Virus record (IMG/VR): IMGVR_UViG_3300027255_000007
Span: 1-48,720 of that record
DNA: 48,720 nt
Strand: one strand, 5' to 3'
From: a virus
Taxonomy: Duplodnaviria > Caudoviricetes
Within the stretch, counting starts at the first letter, position 1; each line of letters starts with the position of its first letter. This document shows positions 1-10,600 of the stretch, piece by piece. Under the pieces are notes generated by a model. The model had not been told where the DNA came from. It saw only the letters and a program-made list of their open reading frames with translations, and did not search any database. Made by a program: the position numbers and the translations under genes.

Positions 1-1344
1 ATAGACCCTAAGTTAGGTAACACAGGTGAGTGGTTAGATGCACGAGTTGTATGGCAGAAATTGTTAGAGACTCGTTTCCGTACTGGTGAACCATACCTTA
101 ACTTCATTGATACAGCTAACAAAGCTCTACCACAAGCCCTTAAAGATAAGGGTTTAAAAATTCGTGGTAGTAACCTATGCAATGAGATTCATCTACCTAC
201 AAGTGATGAGCGTACAGCGGTATGCTGCCTAAGCTCTGTCAACCTAGAGTACTATGATGAATGGGTTGATACCTCAATGGTAGCAGACTTAATCACGATG
301 CTTGATAACGTTATTGAGTACTTCATTGATAACTGTCCTGACTCTTTATCTCGTGCTAAGTTCTCAGCATCAATGGAACGCTCATTAGGTTTAGGTGCTA
401 TGGGGTTCCATAGTTATTTACAGCGTCATAATGTAGCTCTTGAAAGTCAAAAGGCACAGATGCTTAACATCGATATGTTTGCATACATCAAAGCAGTAGC
501 TAAGATGCAGAGCAAATTGCTTGCTGTTGACCGTGGCGAGGCACCTGATATGGTGGGTACAGGTATGCGTAATGCGCATCTACTAGCTATCGCTCCTAAC
601 GCCTCTAGTAGTATCCTGCTGAGTACTTCCCCTAGCATTGAGCCTAGTAAAGCTAATGCCTATACCCATCGTACTCGTGCTGGATCTTTCTTAGTAAAGA
701 ATCCCTACCTTGAACAATACCTATCTTCTATTGGTCGTAATACTAATGACGTTTGGACTGACATTATTACTAATAGTGGTTCTGTACAACATCTGGATTT
801 TATTGAGGACTCTGTTAAAGAAGTATATAAGACTAGCTTTGAGCTTGATCAAATGAGTATCATCAAGCTTGCTGGTGATCGTCAACATTATATATGTCAA
901 GGTCAATCTGTTAACTTGTTCTTCCCTGCTGGAGTTGATCGAGCATATGTTAACAAGGTACACATTGCTGCCTGGACACACGGTCTCAAGGGTCTATACT
1001 ACCTACGTACTGAGGCTAAAGAACGTGCAGAGAATGTCTCTAAGAAGGTTGAGGCTAACAAACTAACGGAAGAGAAAAGGACAATCATCTATGGTAAAGA
1101 ATTTTGCCCGTACTGTAAGATGGCTAAGGATTTACTGGAGAGTAAAGGTATTGAATACGAATATATTGATATTGAATCTGAAGGTAAAACTGCTGCTGAG
1201 ATTACGGGACGTCCAGACGTTCGGACGGTACCTCAAATCTATCTGGAAGGACAATACGTAGGTGGATTTACAGAGCTACGTACTTACTTGTCTACACAAC
1301 CAACAACCCAAGAGACTGATGAATGTCTTGCTTGTGAAGGATAA
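1..1344 (+). CDS. nrdA: Class Ia ribonucleotide reductase alpha subunit (5'-truncated) with an internal C-terminal glutaredoxin domain
   Basis: Frame is open from base 1. Motifs SNLCNEI, AIAPNASSS, LKGLYYLRT and a C-terminal CLAC tail; CPYC/TVPQI/VGGF glutaredoxin motifs at ~1081-1290. Confidence 0.97.
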   Translation: MDPKLGNTGEWLDARVVWQKLLETRFRTGEPYLNFIDTANKALPQALKDKGLKIRGSNLCNEIHLPTSDERTAVCCLSSVNLEYYDEWVDTSMVADLITMLDNVIEYFIDNCPDSLSRAKFSASMERSLGLGAMGFHSYLQRHNVALESQKAQMLNIDMFAYIKAVAKMQSKLLAVDRGEAPDMVGTGMRNAHLLAIAPNASSSILLSTSPSIEPSKANAYTHRTRAGSFLVKNPYLEQYLSSIGRNTNDVWTDIITNSGSVQHLDFIEDSVKEVYKTSFELDQMSIIKLAGDRQHYICQGQSVNLFFPAGVDRAYVNKVHIAAWTHGLKGLYYLRTEAKERAENVSKKVEANKLTEEKRTIIYGKEFCPYCKMAKDLLESKGIEYEYIDIESEGKTAAEITGRPDVRTVPQIYLEGQYVGGFTELRTYLSTQPTTQETDECLACEG

Positions 1345-1346
1345 AC

Positions 1347-2309
1347 ATGTCGCTACTAGATTTTGCAAAGACCTATAAGCCATTCAACCATGAATGGGCT
1401 GTAGGTGTAACAAAGAAACATGAGGAAATTCATTGGGTTGAGGATGAAGCTGATCTTTCAGAAGATATTAATGACTGGAAGCTCAAGCTTAATCATGATG
1501 AGAAAGAGTTTATCACACACATTCTACGTTTGTTTACTCAAGGTGATGTACAAGTAGGTCAAAACTATTATGACTTCCTTATTCCTAAGTTTAAAAACAA
1601 TGAAGTACGAGTAATGCTAGGTTCATTTGCTAGCCGTGAAGGTACACATCAACGTGCGTATGCCTTGTTGAATGATACTTTAGGTTTACCCGATGAAGAG
1701 TATCATAAGTTCCTTGAGTATTCAGAGATGGCAGACAAGATTGAATTCATGTCTCAGTCAGATAACACTACCCAATCAGGTCTAGCGTTAGCACTAGCTA
1801 AGTCTGTATTCAATGAAGGTGTATCCTTGTTTGCTTCATTCGTTATGTTACTTAACCTGCAGCGCTTTGGTAAGATGAAGGGTATGGGTACAGTAGTTGA
1901 ATGGTCTATCCGTGATGAGACTGTACACGTAGAAGGTAACGCCAGATTGTTTAGGGAGTTCTGTAATGAGCATCCGAGAGTGGTTAATGACGAGTTCAAA
2001 GCTAAGATCTATCAGATTGCTAGGGATGTGGTGTCTCTTGAAGATAAGTTTATTGATCTTGCTTTTTCTAACTATACTATTGAAGGTATTACGAAGGAAG
2101 AAGTAAAGAAATATATACGTTATATTACTGATAGACGTCTTATTCAGTTAGGTCTGAAAACAAACTTTAAAGTTAAAGAGAACCCACTACCGTGGTTGGA
2201 CTGGGTACTTAATGGTGTATCTCATGATAACTTCTTTGAGAAGCGTGTCACAGAATACTCTGTTAACGGTATGGGTGGTGACTGGGGATGGAATACAGTC
2301 GGAGCCTAA
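1347..2309 (+). CDS. nrdB: Ribonucleotide reductase beta subunit
   Basis: Di-iron motifs EGTHQRAY, EGVSLF and DETVH; NFFEKRVTEY tail; directly follows nrdA. Confidence 0.97.
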   Translation: MSLLDFAKTYKPFNHEWAVGVTKKHEEIHWVEDEADLSEDINDWKLKLNHDEKEFITHILRLFTQGDVQVGQNYYDFLIPKFKNNEVRVMLGSFASREGTHQRAYALLNDTLGLPDEEYHKFLEYSEMADKIEFMSQSDNTTQSGLALALAKSVFNEGVSLFASFVMLLNLQRFGKMKGMGTVVEWSIRDETVHVEGNARLFREFCNEHPRVVNDEFKAKIYQIARDVVSLEDKFIDLAFSNYTIEGITKEEVKKYIRYITDRRLIQLGLKTNFKVKENPLPWLDWVLNGVSHDNFFEKRVTEYSVNGMGGDWGWNTVGA

Positions 2310-2316
2310 TAGAGAA
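2300..2316 (+). promoter_or_regulatory. Putative phage RNAP promoter (CGGAGCCTAATAGAGAA) upstream of the tRNA
   Basis: Matches the five-copy motif and overlaps the nrdB stop. Confidence 0.55.
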
Positions 2317-2400
2317 TCCCACTACCTTAGGGCGTTGTAGTACGTAAAGCTATCAGAAAGCTCATCGCTGTAAAGGATGAGCACCATTTATATTTAGTAT

Positions 2401-2477
2401 ATGCCTATAGCTCAGTTGGATAGAGCAACAGCCTTCTAAGCTGTGGGTCGGGAGTTCGAATCTCTCTGGGCATACCA
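2401..2477 (+). tRNA. tRNA-Arg, anticodon UCU
   Basis: Acceptor stem ATGCCTA/TGGGCAT followed by A-CCA; D arm GCTC..GAGC; anticodon stem ACAGC/GCTGT with loop CT-TCT-AA; T loop GTTCGAA. Confidence 0.95.
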
Positions 2478-2505
2478 TTAACCCTAAGGTGGGAAAGGAA
2501 TAATA

Positions 2506-2661
2506 ATGATTAATAAATATGATATAGAAGATATGTGCGATGAAGTAGCTGATCACGAGACTGAGCATAAGACTGTTAAGCCTACAACTATGTATAGTTA
2601 TATTGATATGGACATCTATTCTGATAACTTTAAATTTGAATTCAGTATGGAGATCGAATAA
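2506..2661 (+). CDS. Small acidic hypothetical protein (51 aa)
   Basis: AAGGA RBS; MINKYDIEDM...; stop overlaps the next ATG. Not in the ORF track. Confidence 0.6.
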   Translation: MINKYDIEDMCDEVADHETEHKTVKPTTMYSYIDMDIYSDNFKFEFSMEIE

Positions 2662-2771
2662 TGTCAGGTAAAGGTAGCGGTCGTAGACCTACTGATGAAC
2701 AAAAATATCAGGATAATTATGATAAGATCTTCGGTAAGAAAAAAGAACAAGACAAGAAGGAAAGTAAATGA
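2661..2771 (+). CDS. Small phage protein (36 aa, MSGKGSGRRP...NYDKIF)
   Basis: GGAG RBS; translationally coupled on both sides; GKGS-RP/NYDxIF pattern is common in aquatic phages. Confidence 0.7.
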   Translation: MSGKGSGRRPTDEQKYQDNYDKIFGKKKEQDKKESK

Positions 2772-3199
2772 GTTGTGAAACAAAGCTTAAATGTTTAATT
2801 GCCGATAACTTCTTTGGTTATTTTAAGGCGCATGTGTACCATGCCAATGTACAGGATAAAGACTTCAATCAATACCACGAGTTTTTTGGTGAAATTTATG
2901 AGTACCTTTATAGTAATCATGACGGCTTGTTAGAACAGTTACGCCAGATGGATGTAATGGTACCGCTATCTATTAAAGACTATATTGATAATTCAGTTAT
3001 TGATTTAGGTAATAAAGATAAAGACGTAGGTGATATGCTCCAGTCACTATTATCTACTATTGAAATGCTTATTAAAATTTCTCAAGGTCTTTATGAAGAA
3101 TCTGGTAAAGAAGGCCACGGTGGTCTAGAAACTTTTATAGGTGACTACCTAGTTGGCGTTACCAAATTACGTTGGAAGGTTAAATCATGTCTCAAATAA
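2768..3199 (+). CDS. dps: Dps/ferritin-like protein
   Basis: HANV..FNQYHEFFGEIY..DGLLEQLR resembles the Dps HWNV/H..F...Y/D..AER ferroxidase pattern; 143 aa. Confidence 0.8.
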   Translation: MSCETKLKCLIADNFFGYFKAHVYHANVQDKDFNQYHEFFGEIYEYLYSNHDGLLEQLRQMDVMVPLSIKDYIDNSVIDLGNKDKDVGDMLQSLLSTIEMLIKISQGLYEESGKEGHGGLETFIGDYLVGVTKLRWKVKSCLK

Positions 3200-3453
3200 G
3201 ACACTACAATTTATTCGCATTACAAGGTGACGCAGATGTTACTGATCAGGAAGTCTGTGATACTCTAGGTTTAGATCCTAACTTGGCTAATACACCTGAG
3301 ATTAATGAGGCTGCTATTGCCAAAATGTATAAAGAAAATTACAATGGTTATATTGCTCAGGGTATGAAGGAAGAAGATGCCCTAGCAATGGCCCATACAC
3401 AAGCATCAGGTACCAGAAATGTTATTAAAGAAGCAATGAAAAGAATAGATTAA
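3187..3453 (+). CDS. Hypothetical protein
   Basis: 88-aa ORF overlapping the dps end; last + strand gene before the terminator. Confidence 0.7.
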   Translation: MSQIRHYNLFALQGDADVTDQEVCDTLGLDPNLANTPEINEAAIAKMYKENYNGYIAQGMKEEDALAMAHTQASGTRNVIKEAMKRID

Positions 3454-3496
3454 AAAAAAAATAAAGCCCCTAGCTCAATTAAGAGTTTAGGGGCTT
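3452..3496 (-). terminator. Rho-independent terminator between convergent units
   Basis: Stem AAGCCCCTAG/TTAGGGGCTT with a 10-nt A run on its left (U tract on the - strand). Confidence 0.85.
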
Positions 3497-3505
3497 AAAA
3501 TTTCT

Positions 3506-6500
3506 TTAGTCAGGTTCAGTATCAAAGAATTTCATTATATCTGATTCTTTAATGTCTTTAACATTAAATCCTCTTCTGTCAAGATCTTTTATGTAGTCCT
3601 CAACAACACCACTATCATAGTCATAGTTATATTCACTATCCAGATCTTTAATAATATCCTCAAGTTTAACAGGAGTACCAACTTTAGAAGAAGAGACTAC
3701 AGGAGGTACCTCACCGCCTTCAGTAATTGAGTCGTTTATGGCTGGCACGTTGGGATTCTCGGCTCTTTGTTTTGCTTTAGCTAACAATGCTCTCCTAGCT
3801 TCTTTAGAAGCGTCAGGAACTTTCTTAGGTGCTTCTGCTTCCATAGGCTTAGCTTCTACGACTGCCTTAGGAAGGGGCTTAGAACTCTCAATCATTTCAG
3901 AAAGAACAGGTCTTGCGCCGCCAGTAGGCGAGAGCTGGTGTATACCTCCGTAACTAGCGACTTTTAAAAGATGCCTACCAGCTTTTAGCCCTTCTGCTTC
4001 TGATGTCTTAGCCCAACTAGAAAGTTCAGCATCAGTAATGCCTTGAATTTCTTCAAATAGCTGTAATAGTTTAGCAAAATCACCTGCGTCTACCGCCATG
4101 TTTTTACGTTGACTTTCTACTACTGCTTCTGGAGGTATCCAGGAGTAGTCTTGGGCTTCTAACAAAAGCTCCTCCATCTGCGCTACTTTCTTTTTCCAGT
4201 CTTCCTCGGTTCTAGGCAAACCTCTTGCATTTAACTTACCCATGTATATATCTTTATAACTACTGTTAGGCAGATATTGGTAAAATATACTATCAAAGAA
4301 ACCACCCATTGCTTCGTATTCACCTGCAGAACCAATACCTACAACGCCTTTAGTTCTAATTAAAGCTAATTCACTTGCCTTTGCTTCAGCATAGCCTCTA
4401 GCGATATCTCCATTAGTCTTTGCCATTCTTTTGACAGCCCTTGGGATCGCAATATTGTTATAAGCATTACGATAAATAAGAGAACTACCTCCAGTAGCGA
4501 TACTCGAGTCGTGAACCCAAGAGATAGGCCTAGGTTGTGGTCTATTCGAATTAACAAATAAAGTAGAAAGAGTTACCATACCCGCATCAATAGCCTGTGT
4601 AGGCATAACAGCTGCTTGTTTCGATAACGAGCTGCCAGCATATGTATAATAAGGTTTATACGTATCTGTTCTTTTGTCATAAAAACTTCTAACTGGTTTA
4701 TGAGCAGTAGGTTTTAATCCCATCTTCTTTTTAGGAATAGATTTAGTAACAAAGTTACCATCACTATCTCTAACAGAAAAGTCTATTGTTTCTACTTCAT
4801 TAGCTAGGTATTTAAAGCCGTATTGATCTGTAACGTAATTATTGATATTAGTATTTTTACGAACAGTAGTCATACCTGTTGAACTAATTAATACATCATC
4901 GCCAGTAATACCTTTGTAAATAATTGGCTTGTTGAGCATAGCCATGCCATAACCAAGTCCATTCAACTTTCTTACTGATTTAGAGTCTACTGCTTTTCTA
5001 AGAACTTTTTCTAAAGAAATGTTGGCGTATGCAGCAGCCTCTGATAAGGTTCCAAACTCAGGTTGCAAATGTTTTACAAACAACGGCTCAATATTTGTGG
5101 CCGATAAAACATCTTCAAGAAAACCTTGAAACATACCAGCATCTTTTGAATAAGATACCTGCATTAGAGGTGCCTTGAAGAACTCACCAGCCATTAAATG
5201 GAAATCATTATCATAAACTAACGGTAACTCTGCAAAAAATGCGCTAAAGGCATCTCGTTTTTCTTTATTATTAACGGTTAACTTATTAGTTTCCTCAATA
5301 AAGTTAGCCATAGTCTCATCCCTAAGATCCCTTAATGGTTTTTCTTCATTATATCTTTTAGATCTACCAAGTCTATCGGCGGTTGTAGGAATGCCATGTT
5401 GAAAGGCCTGGAGAAACAAACCGCTTTGAGTTCCATCACTAATACTAGTGTGTGTTACCCTTCTAGGTAATTTTTTAGTTGCAAGGTTACTATTATCATT
5501 TCTTAATTGAAATAAATCATCCCATAACGCTGCGTTAGCTAAGAATTCTCCCTTAGGGATTGCTGCTAAATATCTTTTTACGTTATTATGGTTATCGTTA
5601 GTATCACCCTCTGGATCTGTTAAATACTCTTGGTATTCCTTTCCAAGGTCTGCTAGCTTATTGGCGATTTTTAAGTCATATAACTGAATTAAATCTCTAT
5701 CTGGTAGCTTAAGTATATCATTCCTAGGCTCAACAGCGGTATAATAAATAAGAACCGAATCAACCATAAGACCAAGAGCACCTAGCTCACTAGGGTCTAA
5801 GGCAACAAGTTTGTTGTGACGCTCAACACCATTCTCTTTAAAGATTGGTACTGACTTTTCTTTTAATGACTTAATTTTTTCATCTGAGAAAACAGACTCA
5901 CCGTACACTGTATCTCTCTCTGCAAAGTTAAGAATGTCCCTAATCATATCCTTTGAACCCATAAAGTCAAGATCAAAACTGTTGGGGAAGTATCTATGAT
6001 TAACAATTGAGTGCATAAACTCTGCAAACCTAACACCTTTAGCTCCTTGGATTGCCTCAAGAACCATAGCTTTTTGCTTGATTATGTTACGCATAATTTG
6101 ATTAGCAGAATCTATAGGACTCCAGTTAATTCTTTTGGTTTCGTCCTTTGGAGGTTGTTGATTATTCTTTATTTTATTATAATCTTTTTTAGAAAGACCA
6201 TAATGTGCTGCCATAAAGTGAGTAGAGTATACTCCATCTTTGAGGCTATCAACCATATATTCAGGAGAAAGAACTGCTGAAATAAACCTATCAAGGATAG
6301 CAACGTGGGAGGGTAAGTACACATAAGGAACACTACCCTGAATGTCTTTTGCTGCTTCTGCCTTAGACATATCTAGGTCTTGACCAACTAAGCTCTTACT
6401 GGTTAAGGATTTTTTAGTTGTAGTCTGAGGAGAATTAATAGCTGAACCTGAAATTGCAGGAGTTGTTCCAGAAGATCTACGACCTAGTGCATTAGCTGTA

Positions 6501-7624
6501 ACCCTAGCTACATCACCTACTCTCTTAGCCATTTGTTTTGAATAATCAGTAGGTAAATATTGTAAATTACCTTTTGAGTCTCTATTCAGTAGGAAAGAAC
6601 CTTGTTGGATCTCAGCCTCAACAAAAGTTGCCGCTAGCTCTTCAAAGAAAGATGGGTTAGGGGTTTCTAAACCAAGAGTTTTAGCTATGTTTTTTGAGAA
6701 GTGAGTTATACTTTGAACAAGGTTATCGTAGTCAACTGCACCAGTGGCTGGGTCAACCACTAGGTCTTCCTCAAGCTCTTTCTTTGCAGTGGGTGTTTGA
6801 GATAGAGCAGCATTACTTGCAATACCTACTATGTCTGCAATTGATTGCATCTCACTATCGTTAAAACCAGAGTCGGCCATGATAGCAAAGCCCTTTGCCC
6901 TACGCTCACCATTCTTTCCTGGTTCAAAAACATTACTGTCTGTAGACAATAGGTTACGTCTGGCTTGAGAAGAAATATATTGAAGAACAGGAGCAGCTCT
7001 GTCAGCAGCGTTTTCAATTTCTGTTTCGGTATTACTGTAACGAGGTCTTTCGTTAGGAGTTAACAGATCAGAAATGGTATTAGCCTCTCCTAATATATTA
7101 CTAGCGGCCTTATTAAAGTCACCAAGCATTCTTTCACCAGTAATTGGATCAACAACATCCTGCATAGCTTCAAAGCCAGAAGTCATATCTCTATTTCTTC
7201 TTTGTTCCTGTTCATATTGTTGGGCGTAGTCACCTTCTATGATTGGAACATTAGGGTATGCCATTTGTTCAGGGGTTAAATAATCACTATCTAAGTTAGC
7301 AGGGTCTGGCATTGTTCTTTGCCTAGCAGCTAAAGGACTAGGGTCTAGATTAACAGCAGACTGTACCATTGACTCATTGATAACTGCTGGATTAACAGCT
7401 GGTGGAGGAGCCATTGGCCTATCCATTACTTGCTGTCTAGGGTCAGGAATTACAGGAGTGTACTCTTGTAATTGCCTATTCGCTTCTTCTCGACTACCTT
7501 CTTCAGGTAAAGGTGTTTCGCCGTAGCGACTATCCATTGTAGCTTGATCTACTGCTGGGGCTTGCGGGACTTCTACTTTGCCAGCACCAGGTGCCGTCCT
7601 GACTGGCTTTTTTCTAAATAGCAT
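3506..7624 (-). CDS. Divergent T7/N4-like single-subunit RNA polymerase, probably virion-packaged
   Basis: Motif A SDGTQSG, motif B KAPLMQVSY (K-x3-M-x3-Y) and motif C WVHDS in the correct order; last gene of the internal virion protein block. Confidence 0.8.
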   Translation of the reverse strand: MLFRKKPVRTAPGAGKVEVPQAPAVDQATMDSRYGETPLPEEGSREEANRQLQEYTPVIPDPRQQVMDRPMAPPPAVNPAVINESMVQSAVNLDPSPLAARQRTMPDPANLDSDYLTPEQMAYPNVPIIEGDYAQQYEQEQRRNRDMTSGFEAMQDVVDPITGERMLGDFNKAASNILGEANTISDLLTPNERPRYSNTETEIENAADRAAPVLQYISSQARRNLLSTDSNVFEPGKNGERRAKGFAIMADSGFNDSEMQSIADIVGIASNAALSQTPTAKKELEEDLVVDPATGAVDYDNLVQSITHFSKNIAKTLGLETPNPSFFEELAATFVEAEIQQGSFLLNRDSKGNLQYLPTDYSKQMAKRVGDVARVTANALGRRSSGTTPAISGSAINSPQTTTKKSLTSKSLVGQDLDMSKAEAAKDIQGSVPYVYLPSHVAILDRFISAVLSPEYMVDSLKDGVYSTHFMAAHYGLSKKDYNKIKNNQQPPKDETKRINWSPIDSANQIMRNIIKQKAMVLEAIQGAKGVRFAEFMHSIVNHRYFPNSFDLDFMGSKDMIRDILNFAERDTVYGESVFSDEKIKSLKEKSVPIFKENGVERHNKLVALDPSELGALGLMVDSVLIYYTAVEPRNDILKLPDRDLIQLYDLKIANKLADLGKEYQEYLTDPEGDTNDNHNNVKRYLAAIPKGEFLANAALWDDLFQLRNDNSNLATKKLPRRVTHTSISDGTQSGLFLQAFQHGIPTTADRLGRSKRYNEEKPLRDLRDETMANFIEETNKLTVNNKEKRDAFSAFFAELPLVYDNDFHLMAGEFFKAPLMQVSYSKDAGMFQGFLEDVLSATNIEPLFVKHLQPEFGTLSEAAAYANISLEKVLRKAVDSKSVRKLNGLGYGMAMLNKPIIYKGITGDDVLISSTGMTTVRKNTNINNYVTDQYGFKYLANEVETIDFSVRDSDGNFVTKSIPKKKMGLKPTAHKPVRSFYDKRTDTYKPYYTYAGSSLSKQAAVMPTQAIDAGMVTLSTLFVNSNRPQPRPISWVHDSSIATGGSSLIYRNAYNNIAIPRAVKRMAKTNGDIARGYAEAKASELALIRTKGVVGIGSAGEYEAMGGFFDSIFYQYLPNSSYKDIYMGKLNARGLPRTEEDWKKKVAQMEELLLEAQDYSWIPPEAVVESQRKNMAVDAGDFAKLLQLFEEIQGITDAELSSWAKTSEAEGLKAGRHLLKVASYGGIHQLSPTGGARPVLSEMIESSKPLPKAVVEAKPMEAEAPKKVPDASKEARRALLAKAKQRAENPNVPAINDSITEGGEVPPVVSSSKVGTPVKLEDIIKDLDSEYNYDYDSGVVEDYIKDLDRRGFNVKDIKESDIMKFFDTEPD

Positions 7625-7628
7625 TATT

Positions 7629-10600
7629 TTATTCCTTATTTAAACTAGAAAATAGTTCCTGTAATTGATCATAAGTTTGAGGAAATGAACCAATAAGAGG
7701 TGCCGCCCTTGCAAGTTGTTTACCTGCTTGTTCGTAATTACCTTCTGAGATTGCTCCACCTGCTCTAACAAACCTATCCCCCCATGCTACAGGAGCAATA
7801 TTACTCTTAGCTGTATCATAGGCCCATCCTGCTACCGTAGAACGATCGTTAGCTGGATTCATAGCATCATATATGCTTGTTGTTTTTCTGTCATATAAAG
7901 GCGATATAGCGTCTACTAATACCTCACCCTTACCTAATAAACCTGAACCATATATAGTTCTTTGTGCATTTTTAAATAGTCCATTAATGTATGGGCTATC
8001 TTCTCCGTATGCGAGTTGGTCTTTTAATCCCTGCCCTAAGGCAGACACTGCAAGAGCACCAACCATAACCGAGAAGGCTGAGTATCTCATACCTACATTA
8101 CCATTTTTAATGTAGTCTTTATACAACCTTGGTAACACTGATGTCTGATAAGCAGCAATATACCTAAGCATAATAGTAAAGATTCTAAACCTAGGGTCGT
8201 TGTAGTACTTAGGTATGTTGTGGATCTGAGGGTTGGGAACGTTAGAATCAACCATATTGGCAATGCCTGTTTGAATATTTTCTACAAACCTTTCAAAGTC
8301 AGGATCCAAATCCGCTTCAAACGTACCAACTTTATTTTGTCTTTTTAGGACAAGAAGGTCATACATTCTACCTAGGTTCATACTCTCATTAGGCCTTTTC
8401 TTCAGGTACCTCACAACAGTAGGTATATCTACGCCAAAAGATTGCAGTTCTTTCAATGATTGCATTTGAAAATTAGTTAAGTCCTTACCACTCTCTAAAG
8501 ACTCTTTAGGTAAATCTCTTATTGCTTCAACATAAGATGCAATACTATCTGAAGCTAAACTTAATGCTGCCAATCTGGTTGCATCAGTTGTTTGCTTTAG
8601 ACCAGTAATTTTAGCAAATAATGACATTACATTTCTCAAGCTACTATCAGCATACTCGAATCTAGATTCCGTGTTAAAACCTTGCTCTGAAAAGCCAAGA
8701 CTATGAAACAAAGTTCTACCTATATTTTCCAGATAGAGCTTATCTATTTTATCTAAAAGTTTATTTTGCTCTTTAGAACCAAACTCAGTGTTTAAAATTT
8801 CTTTTTCTAAACTATCAATAGTAGCTTTTAACCTCTGGTCTTTGTTCTTAATTGCTAAATTGTTAAGCTTTACTAGGCTTAAGCTCCAATTTACAAAGGA
8901 GTTACTATGCGCAAACACATCATCACCTATTTCGGCAAATAAATTTTTAGACCATAGCTGCAATTGGTCATTTACCTTTTCACCTCTAGTTCCTAATAAA
9001 GAAAAAGGTAAATCAACCATTCCAGATATCCCTGCTTTACCTAGCATAGCTAACATGGTCATAGTACTAAAGAAAGCATTAGTATTTTTTAATACAGGCA
9101 AACTTTCTAAAGTATTATATTCACCTTTTGCCATATCTACAAAGTCTTTTAATTCTTGTAAATACTTTTGGTATTCTTCTGGAGTTTTGAACTCACCTGC
9201 TTGATAGGCTTTGTCCGCTAACTTAAATAAATTAGCACCGTTCTTGCCTAAGAACCTGTTTGCAGCTGCTTCAGAAACAATTCTTTGTTTTATATCCTCT
9301 AAAGACTGAAAGAAATCTTTTTCAAAAATATTATTTAGCTGTTTATCTCTAAACAAACCTGCTTCTTCTAAAATCTTAGAAGAATTTTTTATTTTGATTG
9401 TGTCAGGAGATGTAAGATCGTCAACAATCCTAGTTGCTCTTCTTCTAGTTCCAGAGGTATTTGCCTCTCTATTTTCTTCCTTAGCTAATGCCTCCTCTTG
9501 TTTGATTAAAGCCTCAGTTAGTTTTTCTACAACCTCATTTTTATTTTTGTTAAGCTCATAGACGTTAATGCTAGGCCTAAACAAAGCGTTATCATCATCT
9601 ATCTGAGAAGGGTCAGCGTTATTTTCAGCGGCTAATTTTTTAACTGCCCTACTTAACTGCCTCATTTCATTTCTATAAATAGTTAATTCTCTAAAGTAAG
9701 GATGTTCTGTTGGTAGATCTTCACCTTTAGACCAATAATTATTTACAGCATCTAAAACAACACTACTAGCTTCTTGCACAGAAAGCCCCAAAGACTTAGC
9801 TAAATTTTCTGAGCTAGTATGCAGCTCTGTAAGCCGTCCTAATTCTCTTCTCTTAAATGAAGTATAAAAGTCACCAGGTATAACACCAAGTTTACCAATA
9901 AGAGAACTTATTTTAGCCTTATACTCTAGTAAGTTACCATTTTTATCAAATAAGTTACCTGTCATTTGGCTAACATGACCCTTTAACAATCTAAATGGGC
10001 TTGTAACTATGTTGATAAGGCCCTCTTTGTTGGCCATTTTAGGTGCCTCTGTTGCATCCTTGGGTGCTCCTTGACTCCAATCATGCGCATCGTTTTCAAT
10101 ATCTAATGCAACATTGAAAGTGTTAAATTGTCTATCTGAGCCTTGATTCTCTTGCTCCCACCTAGACCTAAGCTCTGCCTGAGCCTGTTGAATATCATCA
10201 AATTCTTTGGTAGTCATTTCATGCTTATCAATAGCCGCATGGAGTTTAGCACCGTAAACGGCTTCACTAACGGTTTTAAAACCGCCACCTATAACACCAC
10301 CTGCTATAAAAGATTGGACTAGATTTTTACTAAAATCTCTTTGGAATCTAGCGTCCAAATTCCATTGACCAGCAGCACCAATCATTTCTAATGCGCTCTG
10401 TGTTGTCTCAGTTAAACTTTCTCCAAAACCAGAAGTGCCAATCCTATATATGGCGTTGGTAGCAAAGTCTATTATTCCTTTTTGGGATTTAGCGAAGGCT
10501 GCACTGAATGATGTTGCAGCTATAATTTCTTTTTTAGTAGCATTAATAGCCATCTCTCTTGCAACATTTAATGATATAGTGTTACCAGACTTTTCAACTA

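Noticed and set aside
2362-2568. 68-aa - strand ORF
   Set aside because: It is the antisense of the tRNA.
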